Positions 27,717-38,157 of a stretch of 64,000 nt of DNA are shown here, piece after piece. The notes under the pieces were generated by a model that worked only from the letters and a program-made list of their open reading frames with translations, searched no databases and was not told where the DNA came from. The stretch's first letter is position 1. Each line of letters opens with the position of its first letter. Both the position numbers and the translations under genes were made by a program. Source of the DNA: Candidatus Latescibacterota bacterium. Its GTDB lineage: Bacteria > Latescibacterota > UBA2968. The DNA is taken from the NCBI GenBank assembly GCA_965205975.1, contig OZ242195.1:2464001-2528000 (forward strand). Reading direction: 5' to 3'.

Positions 27717-29957
27717 CTACCGACCACATCCGGGGCTTACTGCTTCGGATGAGTGAGTCAAACCTCCTTTTTGTTTATCCGTTACAAACCACTCAAATTC
27801 CTCATATTCCCAAACATCCGTCAGCTTGCCGTTAATATAAAATGTAGGCGTTCCACGGACGTTTAGAATGGATGCCTGTTTTATATCTTTTTTTATTTTT
27901 GAAGCATATTTACCCGTGTCCAAACAGCGGTTGAATTGTATAGAATCAAGTCCCAATTCAGTAGCATAGTGCTTCAGATGGCCTGACTCTAATACATCTT
28001 GTTTGGCGTATAAAATATCGTGATATTCCCAGAATTTTCCCTGTTCACGAGCGCATTCAGATGCTTCATGAGCTTTTGGGGCATTCTTGTGAAACGGCAA
28101 GGGAAAATGTCTGAATACGAGACGTACTGTTTCAGAATAATTTGCCAATAATCTATTCAATACTCGTCCAGCTTGAGCAGAATAAGGGCACTGAAAATCA
28201 CTGAAGACCACAATTGTGAAAGGCGCGTTTGGTGCGCCGATAGATGGCAAGCCTTCATTGCTCAGGTTGTAAATGGGTATCTCCGGAGGATCGAAGTAGA
28301 TCTCTATTTCCGCTTCATCAACCAATTCGTGAATGAACTGTTCCCTTTCATTCTCAAATTTTTTGTTCCGAGCAATGCGTTCTGCGACTGGCCAAAGGCG
28401 TTCTCTAAATGTTTTTCCTTCTATTGGATCAATTTTCATCATACGCAGGATTTCATTTTCCCGGATTTCATCGGGCAACAAAGCCAATCTTGGGTTCTTA
28501 AGCATCGTGCTATGAAGTATATTGAATTGTTCTTCGACTTGCACATCTGATGGCGTAGCATCAATGTTTCGCAAGAATAAGTCAATACTGGTGCCTGCGT
28601 TCTTAGCTGCCTCTTGTAGAACAACAGGTTTGAAAATCTCTCGAATTTGTTCAACCTTCAGATCATAAATTTGCTTTGCTTCAGAGTAGAAATAATCGTC
28701 GTCAAAATCATCTTCCGTTATCATACCACCCTTAAATTTCGCGTAGATTCGTTTACCGCTATTATCTCTAACTATCTGTCTTGATTGCTGGTCACCTTGC
28801 AGTTCTAAAGTTACGCGCCTTGAAAGTTCGGAAAAATGATCCCTGCTTCTCAATTTTATCGGTCTGGAGTTTACAAAAAGAGACGGTGTGCTATGAACGC
28901 CCAGTCTATGGCCTTCTCTTATGTCTTGATGAACCCTATCTGCAAATTTGCCTGAATCGAGGTCATGTCTAAATTTCTCCAGATCGAGGTCTAATTTCTG
29001 TGCATACGCGATCAAGTCTTCTTTTTCGAGTTTATCAAAATTTTCAAATAATAAATTGCGATATTCCCAGAACTTTCCCTGCGCTCGGGCGCATTCAGCA
29101 GCTTCATGTGCTTTTGGGGCCTGACGATGAACGGGAAGGGGGAAGTGTCGAAAAACAACCTTGAGCTTATTATCAAATACGGCCAATAGCTGATTTATAA
29201 TCGGCGAAAGTTGACTACAATAAGCGCATTCAAAATCGCTAAATTCTACAATCGTAACAGGTGCGTCCGGCACCCCTTGCATTGGAAATCCTTCAATAGA
29301 AATATCATATACTGGAGGATTGGGTTCTTCAAGATAGGTTTCTACACGAAATTGATTGTGTAATTTCATCATATATTCTTGCTCTGCTTTCATTTGGTTT
29401 TGATTTGCCAGTTGGTCTCGAATGACGTTCTTCAACTGCTCCCCAAAATCTTGTTGTGGGTCTAAATCAATACGCATAACATCGAATATCTTTCTCCAGC
29501 GAGAGTCTCTATCAAGATTCCTAAATTCAGGTTGCCGATTGATAGTATCAAATATGTTCCTCATCTCTTCGTCTATCTCAGAATCTTTGACAGTGGGAAC
29601 ATCAACTTCAGATTCGAAAATCTTGCTCGCAGGAATACCCAATTCTTTGGCTTTGTGGGCTAATAATTTTTCTCCAACAATTGCATTTAGCCGATCCAAT
29701 TTCAATTCATACAGTTTTTGCTGAGCAGGATAAATTTTGGTATGGTCAAGATCATGTTCATAAATTAACCTACCATTGTATTTCGCAATCACTGTATCAG
29801 ATTTTACTTGATGCCCATAAACGAAACCGCATGGCAAGTGGAACAGAAAAGACGCCAAAATTGAGGGAAAAAAGAGCCTATAACTCCAAACAGGACATTG
29901 GTATATTCTCTTGAGCATAATAGAGATTGCGTATTTTGAGGCCATACATAAACTCAT
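27717..29957 (-). CDS. Tandem (SurA-N-like helical + DsbA thioredoxin) x2 protein
   Basis: APVTIVEFSDFECAYC...STP and APFTIVVFSDFQCPYS...GTP; both repeats contain FRHFPL and QGKFWEY. Confidence 0.9.
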   Translation of the reverse strand: MSLCMASKYAISIMLKRIYQCPVWSYRLFFPSILASFLFHLPCGFVYGHQVKSDTVIAKYNGRLIYEHDLDHTKIYPAQQKLYELKLDRLNAIVGEKLLAHKAKELGIPASKIFESEVDVPTVKDSEIDEEMRNIFDTINRQPEFRNLDRDSRWRKIFDVMRIDLDPQQDFGEQLKNVIRDQLANQNQMKAEQEYMMKLHNQFRVETYLEEPNPPVYDISIEGFPMQGVPDAPVTIVEFSDFECAYCSQLSPIINQLLAVFDNKLKVVFRHFPLPVHRQAPKAHEAAECARAQGKFWEYRNLLFENFDKLEKEDLIAYAQKLDLDLEKFRHDLDSGKFADRVHQDIREGHRLGVHSTPSLFVNSRPIKLRSRDHFSELSRRVTLELQGDQQSRQIVRDNSGKRIYAKFKGGMITEDDFDDDYFYSEAKQIYDLKVEQIREIFKPVVLQEAAKNAGTSIDLFLRNIDATPSDVQVEEQFNILHSTMLKNPRLALLPDEIRENEILRMMKIDPIEGKTFRERLWPVAERIARNKKFENEREQFIHELVDEAEIEIYFDPPEIPIYNLSNEGLPSIGAPNAPFTIVVFSDFQCPYSAQAGRVLNRLLANYSETVRLVFRHFPLPFHKNAPKAHEASECAREQGKFWEYHDILYAKQDVLESGHLKHYATELGLDSIQFNRCLDTGKYASKIKKDIKQASILNVRGTPTFYINGKLTDVWEYEEFEWFVTDKQKGGLTHSSEAVSPGCGR

Positions 29958-30013
29958 TTCTTTTCTTTGAAGAATAGGACCATATTCCAGCGAGGATCCG
30001 GGTTGGAACCGCG

Positions 30014-32125
30014 TTATATTTTAAATCGGGACCCTACTCTGATCTTTTTTTTGCCGAATGACAAAACATCTGCGCTATTTGAATAGATGTGTTCAATTCG
30101 TTCATTCTCATTGATCATTAAAACCGTCATTTCTATCGAATCCTGGAAAGGCGGTTTCTGAATTTGGAATGCTACAGCTTGACCACTCTGGAATTCAAGC
30201 AAACCTGAAGAACAATTCTTAGCATCCATTGAAAAACCTAATTCCCTAACGACTAATAGTTTATCTTCATTTTCCTGGGGCATTAAAACGTAGGAAATCA
30301 CAACGCAGCCTTTTGCATTTAAGCTGAAAATCGCTGTCGGAATGGGACGAATTTTAGCACCGCCATCGTAAAACTCCCAACCTTGTATTTGAGGCTCTTT
30401 TTGGCCTTTTACGATACGAACATCCACCGTGTGTTTTGTAATGGGATAAATACCAAAATGACGCCCAGTATTATTTTGTGTATAGATCCCCCCATGGCGA
30501 TCCACCTGTGTTGCATATTCTGCGTTGAAATGAAAGAGTGATTCATAAGTATGGGTAAGACTATCTGTTGGTTCAAGAATATCCGTCATGATCCAAAAAC
30601 GACTTTTTAAAAAGAAAATCGAGCGCGTATGTAAAACGTTTATTCTCTCTTTACCAAATCCTTCATTATAGCTTGCATATACAAAATCGAAATCGTCATT
30701 CGTTATCCAACCAGCGCGAACCTTTTTGAGATTATACGCCTGGGATTTTGGTAATTTTTGCCCTTGCCCATCTACAATTACCACGTTATGAGCTTGCGAA
30801 GAACGTGCGTAAGCCTGCCAACTTGATGTCAGATCGCGCGTATAGTATCCAGGGTCTATAATGTGTAGCTGTCCATGTGAATACACGATAATACTCAGTT
30901 TATCTTCATGCCCATTTTGACCAATTGGGCCAGCATCAAACAAAAGATACGAATCTTGCCCTTCTACAGAAGACCGCATGACATATTGCCCAGCATAGGG
31001 AAACGCTTTTGATTGTCTATCCGGTATGATCCCTTTTTTTCCTTTTGTTGCAACCCATTGGAAATCTTGACGTTTCGGAAAGAGTAAAGCACCTTGTTGA
31101 ATTAAGGGAAAAATATCCGCATATACGCCATTATTTAGCGCAGGCATTATTCCATCCGGCAGCGATACATACAACCTGTAACTAAAGATCTGTTGTAAAC
31201 CTGCCATGAAGTCGATTGGGAATTTTTCCCCATTCCGAATCCCAAGATCAATAGAAGACAAAAGAGGTTTAAACGAGCTATCCGAGCTGGATATATCTGG
31301 TAATGCCCCATCCGGATAGACCAGATTACTAAAAAGCCTCATCATCCTATCCAGAGCCAAAAGGCGCAATTTTTCAGAGTCCTTCAATTCTGGAAATAAC
31401 ACACCGGTATAATAAATACCACAGCTTTCCTTTAATCGCCATTTGCTATCTTCCCGCGAAAATTTAATGAGATGATGGACTTGCTCCATCATACTACACA
31501 ACATTGTGCAAATAGCAGCAGAATCAAATAAAGGTGATTTTAGGAAGGAGTAAAAAGCCCAGGGCCATGAATATGTCAGTCTATGAGCACATTCAAGCGT
31601 GCGCCAATGATTTGTAATGCCACTACCCATTTCAGCATTTTCATTCCAGGCTTTGCCATTGCCTTCTAAGGGACTGAGTATCTTTTCACACCAATCCTTC
31701 ATCTGTCCAACAAAAGATTTAACATATCGCTCGTTACCGGTTTTTGAGAACGCTTTTCCAAGCACTACCCAGGATTCATGTCTTGCCAACTGCCACGTTG
31801 TTTCTTTTAGATGATTTCCCGTAAATTCCCAATCTATACTCTCCTTAAAGTTGTATGTAGTGTCCAAAATCGTAAATTTGTTTTTGCAAATTCTATCGGC
31901 TTCTCTAAGAACAAAGTCTTCACTGGCCCCCTCTGGTTCAATTTCCATATCGGAAAACCACCTGGGGACTGTACGGGTTCTTAAATGCAAAGCGAGAGCA
32001 TCTTGAGCAGATGTCCAATCTGACACTATTATCTTCTGTTTCACTTCCTTTAGATCTGGCAGATCTAAATCCAGCAAATCAAACAGGTCTTGAAGGCTTA
32101 TTCTTGGACCAATCATAAGTATCAA
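30014..32125 (-). CDS. Heparinase II/III-family protein
   Basis: WRTLEC..R, GHEDKLS, IDPGYY, AHNVVIVDG, HTRSIFF. Confidence 0.8.
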   Translation of the reverse strand: MILMIGPRISLQDLFDLLDLDLPDLKEVKQKIIVSDWTSAQDALALHLRTRTVPRWFSDMEIEPEGASEDFVLREADRICKNKFTILDTTYNFKESIDWEFTGNHLKETTWQLARHESWVVLGKAFSKTGNERYVKSFVGQMKDWCEKILSPLEGNGKAWNENAEMGSGITNHWRTLECAHRLTYSWPWAFYSFLKSPLFDSAAICTMLCSMMEQVHHLIKFSREDSKWRLKESCGIYYTGVLFPELKDSEKLRLLALDRMMRLFSNLVYPDGALPDISSSDSSFKPLLSSIDLGIRNGEKFPIDFMAGLQQIFSYRLYVSLPDGIMPALNNGVYADIFPLIQQGALLFPKRQDFQWVATKGKKGIIPDRQSKAFPYAGQYVMRSSVEGQDSYLLFDAGPIGQNGHEDKLSIIVYSHGQLHIIDPGYYTRDLTSSWQAYARSSQAHNVVIVDGQGQKLPKSQAYNLKKVRAGWITNDDFDFVYASYNEGFGKERINVLHTRSIFFLKSRFWIMTDILEPTDSLTHTYESLFHFNAEYATQVDRHGGIYTQNNTGRHFGIYPITKHTVDVRIVKGQKEPQIQGWEFYDGGAKIRPIPTAIFSLNAKGCVVISYVLMPQENEDKLLVVRELGFSMDAKNCSSGLLEFQSGQAVAFQIQKPPFQDSIEMTVLMINENERIEHIYSNSADVLSFGKKKIRVGSRFKI

Positions 32126-33315
32126 ACCCGCGTTAATTGGTTATAGATTTCAAGCCAGGACTCTCGCTCTTTTTCTACAGTGTAATCTTTTTTTATTTTT
32201 TCCTGGGCGTTTTTACCAAAAAAATTTCGCTCCGATTCATCTTCAACAAAAATGCCTATTTTGTCTGCCAACTCATCGGAGTCATGGCTTGCTACCAAAA
32301 AGCCATCTCTTCCGTCATCAATAACATCGCGATTCCCACATACATCAGTCGCAACAATCGGCAATCCACAAAACATAGCTTCCAACAGTGCATTTGGAGA
32401 CCCTTCATGAAGCGAAGGAAAAACAAAAATATCCATCTCATGGAGCCAGGCACAGACAAGCGTATGTGGAATCCAGCCCGTGAAAGTGATATGGTTCCAT
32501 AATTTTTCCTTTTTAAGCCACTTAATCCATTCCTTTTTTTCTTTTAGATCAGAAAATTCTCCCACCAACAGCAGGTGCAGATGTGAATATCGTCTAACGA
32601 GCTTTGCAAATGCTTCAAAGAGATATTTGGTTCCCTTAACGTGACCTAAACGCCCGGCCGTTCCAATAATTATTTTCTCTTTTGTCTTTAGAGCCAGAAA
32701 ACGCTCTATAAATTTGCGACTTGATCTTTTTTCATTCACTGCAAGTCTAACAAGAGAAATATTGGCAAATAGCAAAGGATCGAGGGCATTGTGAATCACT
32801 GTTGCGTTTTCTATATTCCCTATGAGTCGCGCCTTATATAATAAATCAGAGTTTACGGATGTTACATAACACGCCTGTTCCAGAACCCATTTCAACGCAG
32901 GCAGTCGTTCCGTGCTATAGCGCATAGACTCTACATCGCTCCCTCTCAGACTCACAATCAAAGGGACGCCAACTTCGCCTGCAACAAGTGCTCCAATTTG
33001 CCCGGTGGGCAAAGCAAAAATACTGTGTATTATATCAAACCCTTCTGACTCATTTAATCGTATAATATAATTTCCGATTTCCCGTTTTTCTCGGTGATCT
33101 CTGTATGGTGTACTCATCTCAGAAATCGTGCGATGTACCGTGACACCAGCTTCCACAACAGGTTTAACCTGAGAGATATTTCCATTAGGACCAGGCGCAA
33201 TAACATGAATATTGAGGCCCAGAGCAGATAGATTCCTGGCAAGCCTGAACGTAAAACTGCCCACTCCCCCTCGGCCAAAAGGAGGAAATTCGTAAGTAAT
33301 TATACAGATGTTCAT
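32122..33315 (-). CDS. GT4-family glycosyltransferase
   Basis: YEFPP..GG, FPSLHEGSPNALLEAM. Confidence 0.92.
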   Translation of the reverse strand: MNICIITYEFPPFGRGGVGSFTFRLARNLSALGLNIHVIAPGPNGNISQVKPVVEAGVTVHRTISEMSTPYRDHREKREIGNYIIRLNESEGFDIIHSIFALPTGQIGALVAGEVGVPLIVSLRGSDVESMRYSTERLPALKWVLEQACYVTSVNSDLLYKARLIGNIENATVIHNALDPLLFANISLVRLAVNEKRSSRKFIERFLALKTKEKIIIGTAGRLGHVKGTKYLFEAFAKLVRRYSHLHLLLVGEFSDLKEKKEWIKWLKKEKLWNHITFTGWIPHTLVCAWLHEMDIFVFPSLHEGSPNALLEAMFCGLPIVATDVCGNRDVIDDGRDGFLVASHDSDELADKIGIFVEDESERNFFGKNAQEKIKKDYTVEKERESWLEIYNQLTRV

Positions 33316-33326
33316 CTAAATATTGC

Positions 33327-34502
33327 TCACTCTTTTGTTTTTATGATTTCAGAAATAAGCTGTGCTGTTCTGTAAGCACCATTAAGTTGAATATTATATG
33401 CTACTGGCTTTCTGCATAAACTCTTCTGAATCTCTTTAGCCAGAATCTCTGGTGATAGTTTTTGCTCGTCAATTTTAGTGGCGAAACGCCTGTTGGCGAA
33501 CTTCTCTGCTCGCAATTCTTGATCCCCCCCTGCCTTTGCAGGGACCAAAATAGCTTTAACTCGCTTTTCGAGAATATTCATACAGGTGTTATAGCCTGCT
33601 CGGCTAATCGACAAATCCGCTATTTCCATCCACTCCAGAAAATTCGGTGTAAATCTATGCACAATAATGTCTTTCGCTCCCGCACAACATGCACGAAGTT
33701 CGTTAAAAGATGCTGCACTCAAAAATTCACCACAAAAGACAATAAATTTGCTTTTCAAATCTTTATTGAGGTATTTCTTAGCCTCAATACAGTTTCTCAA
33801 AAAATCCATAGTACCATAAGAATCAATTCCGCTTCCAGCAGTTATAAGAATCACGCTCTCATCGGGAGACAAATCGATATGAGAGGGAAGGAAGCCTGTA
33901 TCATGTTGATTCCAAGATTTTTTTTGAGAGACATAACCTGTATAATGAATTTCAATATCGATATGATGCCATGATGTGAAAAATTCCTCAACTTCACAGA
34001 ATTTCGGATCGGCATGGACAAATAGATGAGCAAAATAAGTATTCAAGATTGCACAACATCTCATCATATAAGATTTTGTATATTCTGTTTTTTCTTTTGG
34101 AATATCTCTTAAAGAACATATAACCTGCGTTCTCAATTGTTTTAAAAGTTTAATAGTATGCAGGGTTGGGAGCAATTCATCGCGCAAATACCATCTGCCA
34201 AAAGGGAAAAATTCTATAATGAACACATCAGGTTTAACTTCCTCAAATGTGGAATGAATAATTTGTTGACGCTGCGTGATGATATTCGAGTAAATAGGAC
34301 TGTCGGTTGATATTCCACCTTCGTCAAAATTAGGAAGGGGCCTTATTGTGACATGATCAGGATTAGAGTAATTAGAAAGTTCCCGACCCCCATTAAGATA
34401 GAAAAGGTCATATCCCTCTAACGCTTCAATGAGTTGACGAGTCCGGACATAGTGTCCAATTCCTCTAACGTGATGGCTGTAAAACAAAATTCGAGGCCGC
34501 AT
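33327..34502 (-). CDS. Predicted GT-B glycosyltransferase (GT28/GT1-like C-terminal domain)
   Basis: YSHHVRGIGH, IEFFPFGR, SISRAGYNT, DQELRA. Confidence 0.85.
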   Translation of the reverse strand: MRPRILFYSHHVRGIGHYVRTRQLIEALEGYDLFYLNGGRELSNYSNPDHVTIRPLPNFDEGGISTDSPIYSNIITQRQQIIHSTFEEVKPDVFIIEFFPFGRWYLRDELLPTLHTIKLLKQLRTQVICSLRDIPKEKTEYTKSYMMRCCAILNTYFAHLFVHADPKFCEVEEFFTSWHHIDIEIHYTGYVSQKKSWNQHDTGFLPSHIDLSPDESVILITAGSGIDSYGTMDFLRNCIEAKKYLNKDLKSKFIVFCGEFLSAASFNELRACCAGAKDIIVHRFTPNFLEWMEIADLSISRAGYNTCMNILEKRVKAILVPAKAGGDQELRAEKFANRRFATKIDEQKLSPEILAKEIQKSLCRKPVAYNIQLNGAYRTAQLISEIIKTKE

Positions 34503-34510
34503 TATTTGTC

Positions 34511-35740
34511 CTATTTTGAATCATCAACACATTCGGTAGTTTGGTAAATTTCCTGTGTTCGATAATAAATATCTAACCAGGTAGTAGATTCTCGTTCAGC
34601 AGAAAAATCTTCCTCTATCGTTTTTAGAGCAGCCGTTGCTAACTTTTGGCGCAATTGAGTATTTTGAGCTAAAAGTTCCAATCTTTGGGCCAGTGCTTCA
34701 GAAGATCCTGGCGAGACCAAAAACCCATTTTCCTTATCTTTTATGACGCCTTTAATACCATCAATGCGAGATGCAACTATCGGCAACCCGATACCCATTG
34801 CCTCCAGTAACGCATTGGGCGATCCTTCGTATAGGGATGGAAAAGCGAAAATGTCCAGCTCTTTGAGCCACGCAGAAACGTGCGCGTGAGGAACTGGGCC
34901 CGTGATTGTAACTTTCTTTTTTAATTTCAAATATTTGATCTGTTGCTTTGTAATCGCTTCATCATATTGACTTGTAAATCCGCCAACGAGAAGCAGGTGT
35001 GCTCTTGGGTAGGTTACTAACAGATCCTTAAAAGCCTCTAAAAGATGATTGAATCCTTTCTTGTGTCTTATAAGACCAGAAGTGCCGATCATTGGCGTGC
35101 TACCTTCTTTTATTTTTTTAAATTTTTGAAAAAATAGACGATAGCGCAAATTTTGTTTTTTTATAATCTCTGATAGCGCATCCGATTCGAACATTGAAAC
35201 ATCCACAGCATTGTCAATCACTTGAGAAAAAGGCAACGAAACAATTTTTTTTGCGATCTCTAAAAGCTCCGACGTGACGGATGTAACAAATGTGGCATTC
35301 TGAAGCACCCATTTTAATGTGCCCAAATAAACAGGACTAAAGCGCAATAACTCAATGTCATTTCCTCTGATACTCAATACCAGAGGGCATTTAATTGCTT
35401 CAGCCGCCCAGGAAGCTACGAAACCCGAAGGAAAAATGAAAAATCCATGCACGAGATCAAATTTCACCTCATCATTAAGACTGATCACATATTCTGTCGC
35501 TTCCTTAAGCTCGAGAGGATTAGCCTGAAGATAGTTACCCAAAGAAGGAAAAAGTCTATGCACAACAATGCCATCTTCTACGCTTGGCAAAATTTGAGCA
35601 TCGACTCGATTATTGCCAGGCGCAATGACATGGATTTGCACACCAGCGTTGACCAAATTCTTGGCAATCCTATAGGTCGCGGTTCCTACCCCACCTCGTA
35701 TCATTGGTGGGTACTGAAATGTCACGAAGCAAATTTTCAT
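34511..35740 (-). CDS. GT4-family glycosyltransferase (paralog of 32122-33315)
   Basis: QYPP..GGVG, FPSLYEGSPNALLEAM. Confidence 0.92.
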   Translation of the reverse strand: MKICFVTFQYPPMIRGGVGTATYRIAKNLVNAGVQIHVIAPGNNRVDAQILPSVEDGIVVHRLFPSLGNYLQANPLELKEATEYVISLNDEVKFDLVHGFFIFPSGFVASWAAEAIKCPLVLSIRGNDIELLRFSPVYLGTLKWVLQNATFVTSVTSELLEIAKKIVSLPFSQVIDNAVDVSMFESDALSEIIKKQNLRYRLFFQKFKKIKEGSTPMIGTSGLIRHKKGFNHLLEAFKDLLVTYPRAHLLLVGGFTSQYDEAITKQQIKYLKLKKKVTITGPVPHAHVSAWLKELDIFAFPSLYEGSPNALLEAMGIGLPIVASRIDGIKGVIKDKENGFLVSPGSSEALAQRLELLAQNTQLRQKLATAALKTIEEDFSAERESTTWLDIYYRTQEIYQTTECVDDSK

Positions 35741-35743
35741 ATC

Positions 35744-36829
35744 TCAAAAACTTTTAATTTTTCTTTTTAAAGAGCCTTTACAACAGGCTAATAGGAGCTT
35801 AAATCGTTCGCTGATGTCTATGTAATCCGTAAAACCCGTAAAATCCGAGTTTTGAAATCTGATGAATGAATTTATTCCAAGAAATGAGACTTTTTTGCAT
35901 TCATAAAAAAAACGCCAGCTCAGTACTTGTGCAAAAATGGGTTCTGGATAGAATTTCTGTTTCTCATTCGATGATTTAAGCTGGCTTAACCAGAACAGCA
36001 GTTGATCGAGAGACCCTCTATTGATTTTTGAAGAAAGACAGAGATATTGATGTGCTTCTTCAACTTGAGATGACTTTAAGAGACCACTTCTTTTTAAAAT
36101 ATTTTTTCTAACGGAATTTGAGAAGAACTTCTGCACATCGCGATATTTTTTCCCAATTTGATTAGCGTGTTCCCGGTATTTTATAAGTGGCTCATCAATA
36201 TTGTGCATTTGACATACCATCGCACATTTATCCCACAAGGCCATATCCTCAGCATGTAGAAAGTAGGGATCATATTTGAGCTCATTCTTGGTTAGTACTT
36301 GCTTTCTAATCATAACAGAAGGGTGGGCCAACGGTGTTTTGAAAAGCATAAAGCATTGTATCTCGTCATGAGAAATAGGAAACTTCCGAATATATTCTCC
36401 CGATTTCTTCATTACAATTACCCAACTCCCACAGACACCTACTTGAGGATTTTGACTCATAAATTCAAGCTGCCTCTCTAACCGCGAAGGCAAACAGATA
36501 TCATCACAATCTATTCGCGCTATGTACTCTCCTCTTGCTAATTTTAATCCTTTATTCAAGGAGCGGGTTAGACCAATATTGTCTCTATTCTTGATCACTC
36601 TGATTCTCGAATCGTCATATCCCTCAATAATCTCAAGGCTGTTATCAGAAGACCCATCATCAATAATTAAAAATTCAAAATTGGGCATTGTTTGCGTAAG
36701 AACGCTATTTATGGCCTCTCTTATATGAGTTGCACCATTATAAACAGACATTAAGACTGTGATTTTGAAATTCTTTTTTCCTTTTGAATAATTCATCTCA
36801 AGCTTATTCCTCAAACTCCATTGCGACAA
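35744..36829 (-). CDS. GT2-family glycosyltransferase
   Basis: VLMSVYNG, IIDDGSSD, ARIDCDD, AED. Confidence 0.92.
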   Translation of the reverse strand: MSQWSLRNKLEMNYSKGKKNFKITVLMSVYNGATHIREAINSVLTQTMPNFEFLIIDDGSSDNSLEIIEGYDDSRIRVIKNRDNIGLTRSLNKGLKLARGEYIARIDCDDICLPSRLERQLEFMSQNPQVGVCGSWVIVMKKSGEYIRKFPISHDEIQCFMLFKTPLAHPSVMIRKQVLTKNELKYDPYFLHAEDMALWDKCAMVCQMHNIDEPLIKYREHANQIGKKYRDVQKFFSNSVRKNILKRSGLLKSSQVEEAHQYLCLSSKINRGSLDQLLFWLSQLKSSNEKQKFYPEPIFAQVLSWRFFYECKKVSFLGINSFIRFQNSDFTGFTDYIDISERFKLLLACCKGSLKRKIKSF

Positions 36830-37595
36830 AGGCTCTGGGCCTCAGAAACTGCCATCCTCTTTGAAACCAAATTATCTCCGGTTCCACCCGCTCACCAACA
36901 ATCTTTCTGGCAAAATTCCATCCCCAGTGTTTATTTGTTGGCACTTGAGACTGTAGCAAATCTTCAAACGAAATCCTTCCTTCTACGCTCCAATAATCCT
37001 TTCCGATACTTACCTCTGTCTTGAGGCTTTTAGGATTCCATGCCTTAGGATCTGTAAAAGGCATTAACAATGGAATCATTTCTTCTGGTATTTCTTTATT
37101 TCTTATTTTAGCTTTCAATTCTATTGATATTTTACAGATATCGATAATTATATTTCCAGCATTAACATTAATCCTTAAAAAAGAATCCTGCATGTTGTCT
37201 GGCAAGATGTAGAGGGCAACATTGTCGTCCTCTGTTATTTTCATTTTGTCGTGTACACTCATTTCTATTTTCAACTTTTCTGGATTTGAATCCCAGTTCA
37301 AAAACGAAAAATACAGATGCGATTTATCATACATCAACCTTACCTGGCTGCGGAGATTATCCTCAATAAATCTTCCGTCTGCGGTCGTGAATAGATTAAA
37401 TATGGGGGCTTGATTCCATACTTGATCCTCAAGTTTACCATCAATCTCAGGAACATCTTCAACAAGTGGAATACTTAGGGGAGTACTTGTATTTTGTCCT
37501 GGGATATCCTGGACATATCCCCAAAAAAATAAAATACTGCTCAAAATACTGCCAACAAGCAGACATCGAATATCAAGTCTTCTCAGTACTACCAC
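36804..37595 (-). CDS. CBM9/DOMON-like sugar-binding protein with an N-terminal anchor
   Basis: PEIDGKLEDQVW, VRLMYD..HLY, WSVEGRI.F, WGWNFAR; AAGGAGA RBS before GTG. Confidence 0.75.
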   Translation of the reverse strand: MVVLRRLDIRCLLVGSILSSILFFWGYVQDIPGQNTSTPLSIPLVEDVPEIDGKLEDQVWNQAPIFNLFTTADGRFIEDNLRSQVRLMYDKSHLYFSFLNWDSNPEKLKIEMSVHDKMKITEDDNVALYILPDNMQDSFLRINVNAGNIIIDICKISIELKAKIRNKEIPEEMIPLLMPFTDPKAWNPKSLKTEVSIGKDYWSVEGRISFEDLLQSQVPTNKHWGWNFARKIVGERVEPEIIWFQRGWQFLRPRAFVAMEFEE

Positions 37596-37871
37596 AGATT
37601 CTTCTCCTTGTTGTAGTTACGTTGAAGCAGCCCATATCGAGACCGATTTGCCTGCGCGTAGCACGTAAACAGGCAGACAAGCGCATAGGAGCCTGTGCCC
37701 CGATCAAAATGGAAAGCAGGAAAAGGGAATGACGCACTCTGGTACAGACGAGCACCGGCTGTACGTTGGAAAGTTTTGAGAAAAAATCGTGAGACGAGGA
37801 AAAGGAAGGATTGCGCGAATGCGGGAAATGAGGAAGATGAGGAAGGTTGAGAGAAAGAGGGTTTAAATCTA

Positions 37872-37880
37872 CCCCCCCCC
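37872..37880 (-). repeat. G9 homopolymer inside a mini-ORF (MKEGGG*, 37889-37869)
   Basis: Minus strand ATG AAG GAA GGG GGG GGG TAG. Confidence 0.85.
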
Positions 37881-38065
37881 TTCCTTCATAAACTCATAAA
37901 AAACAATTATTTGAGAAGGTTTTTGGGAGATCATGGAATACATCAGGCACGTTAGAGGAACGATAAATAGTTCCGCGATGGCGCGAAGGTTTGAAATAAG
38001 TTGACGAAAGGTCTTCATAAAACCTATCCTTTGGATTACGAGACACACTCTTGAACTTCAAACGC

Positions 38066-38094
38066 AAAATAAGCCCGTCTATTTGGGCTGTCAA
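38066..38094 (-). promoter_or_regulatory. Sigma70-type promoter for the glycosyltransferase/DsbA cargo operon
   Basis: TTGACA-N17-TATTTT with an A-tract upstream; AGCCC/GGGCT inverted repeat in the spacer. Confidence 0.7.
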
Positions 38095-38157
38095 GTATTT
38101 TTTTGATAAAAAAAATCTATCTGTTCGCATGCGATAAGTTTTCCACCATCTCAACCC

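Noticed and set aside
24815..36829. Calling the locus a classical glycocin cluster
   Set aside because: There is no double-glycine leader and no C39 peptidase ABC transporter, and the cores are much longer; only the overall logic is similar
37573..37755. 60-aa Cys-containing ORF as a third precursor
   Set aside because: It has no RBS and no shared leader, and it overlaps the CBM9 start; it is better explained as part of the leader region
37894..38154. 86-aa ORF
   Set aside because: It spans the predicted promoter and has no recognisable protein features
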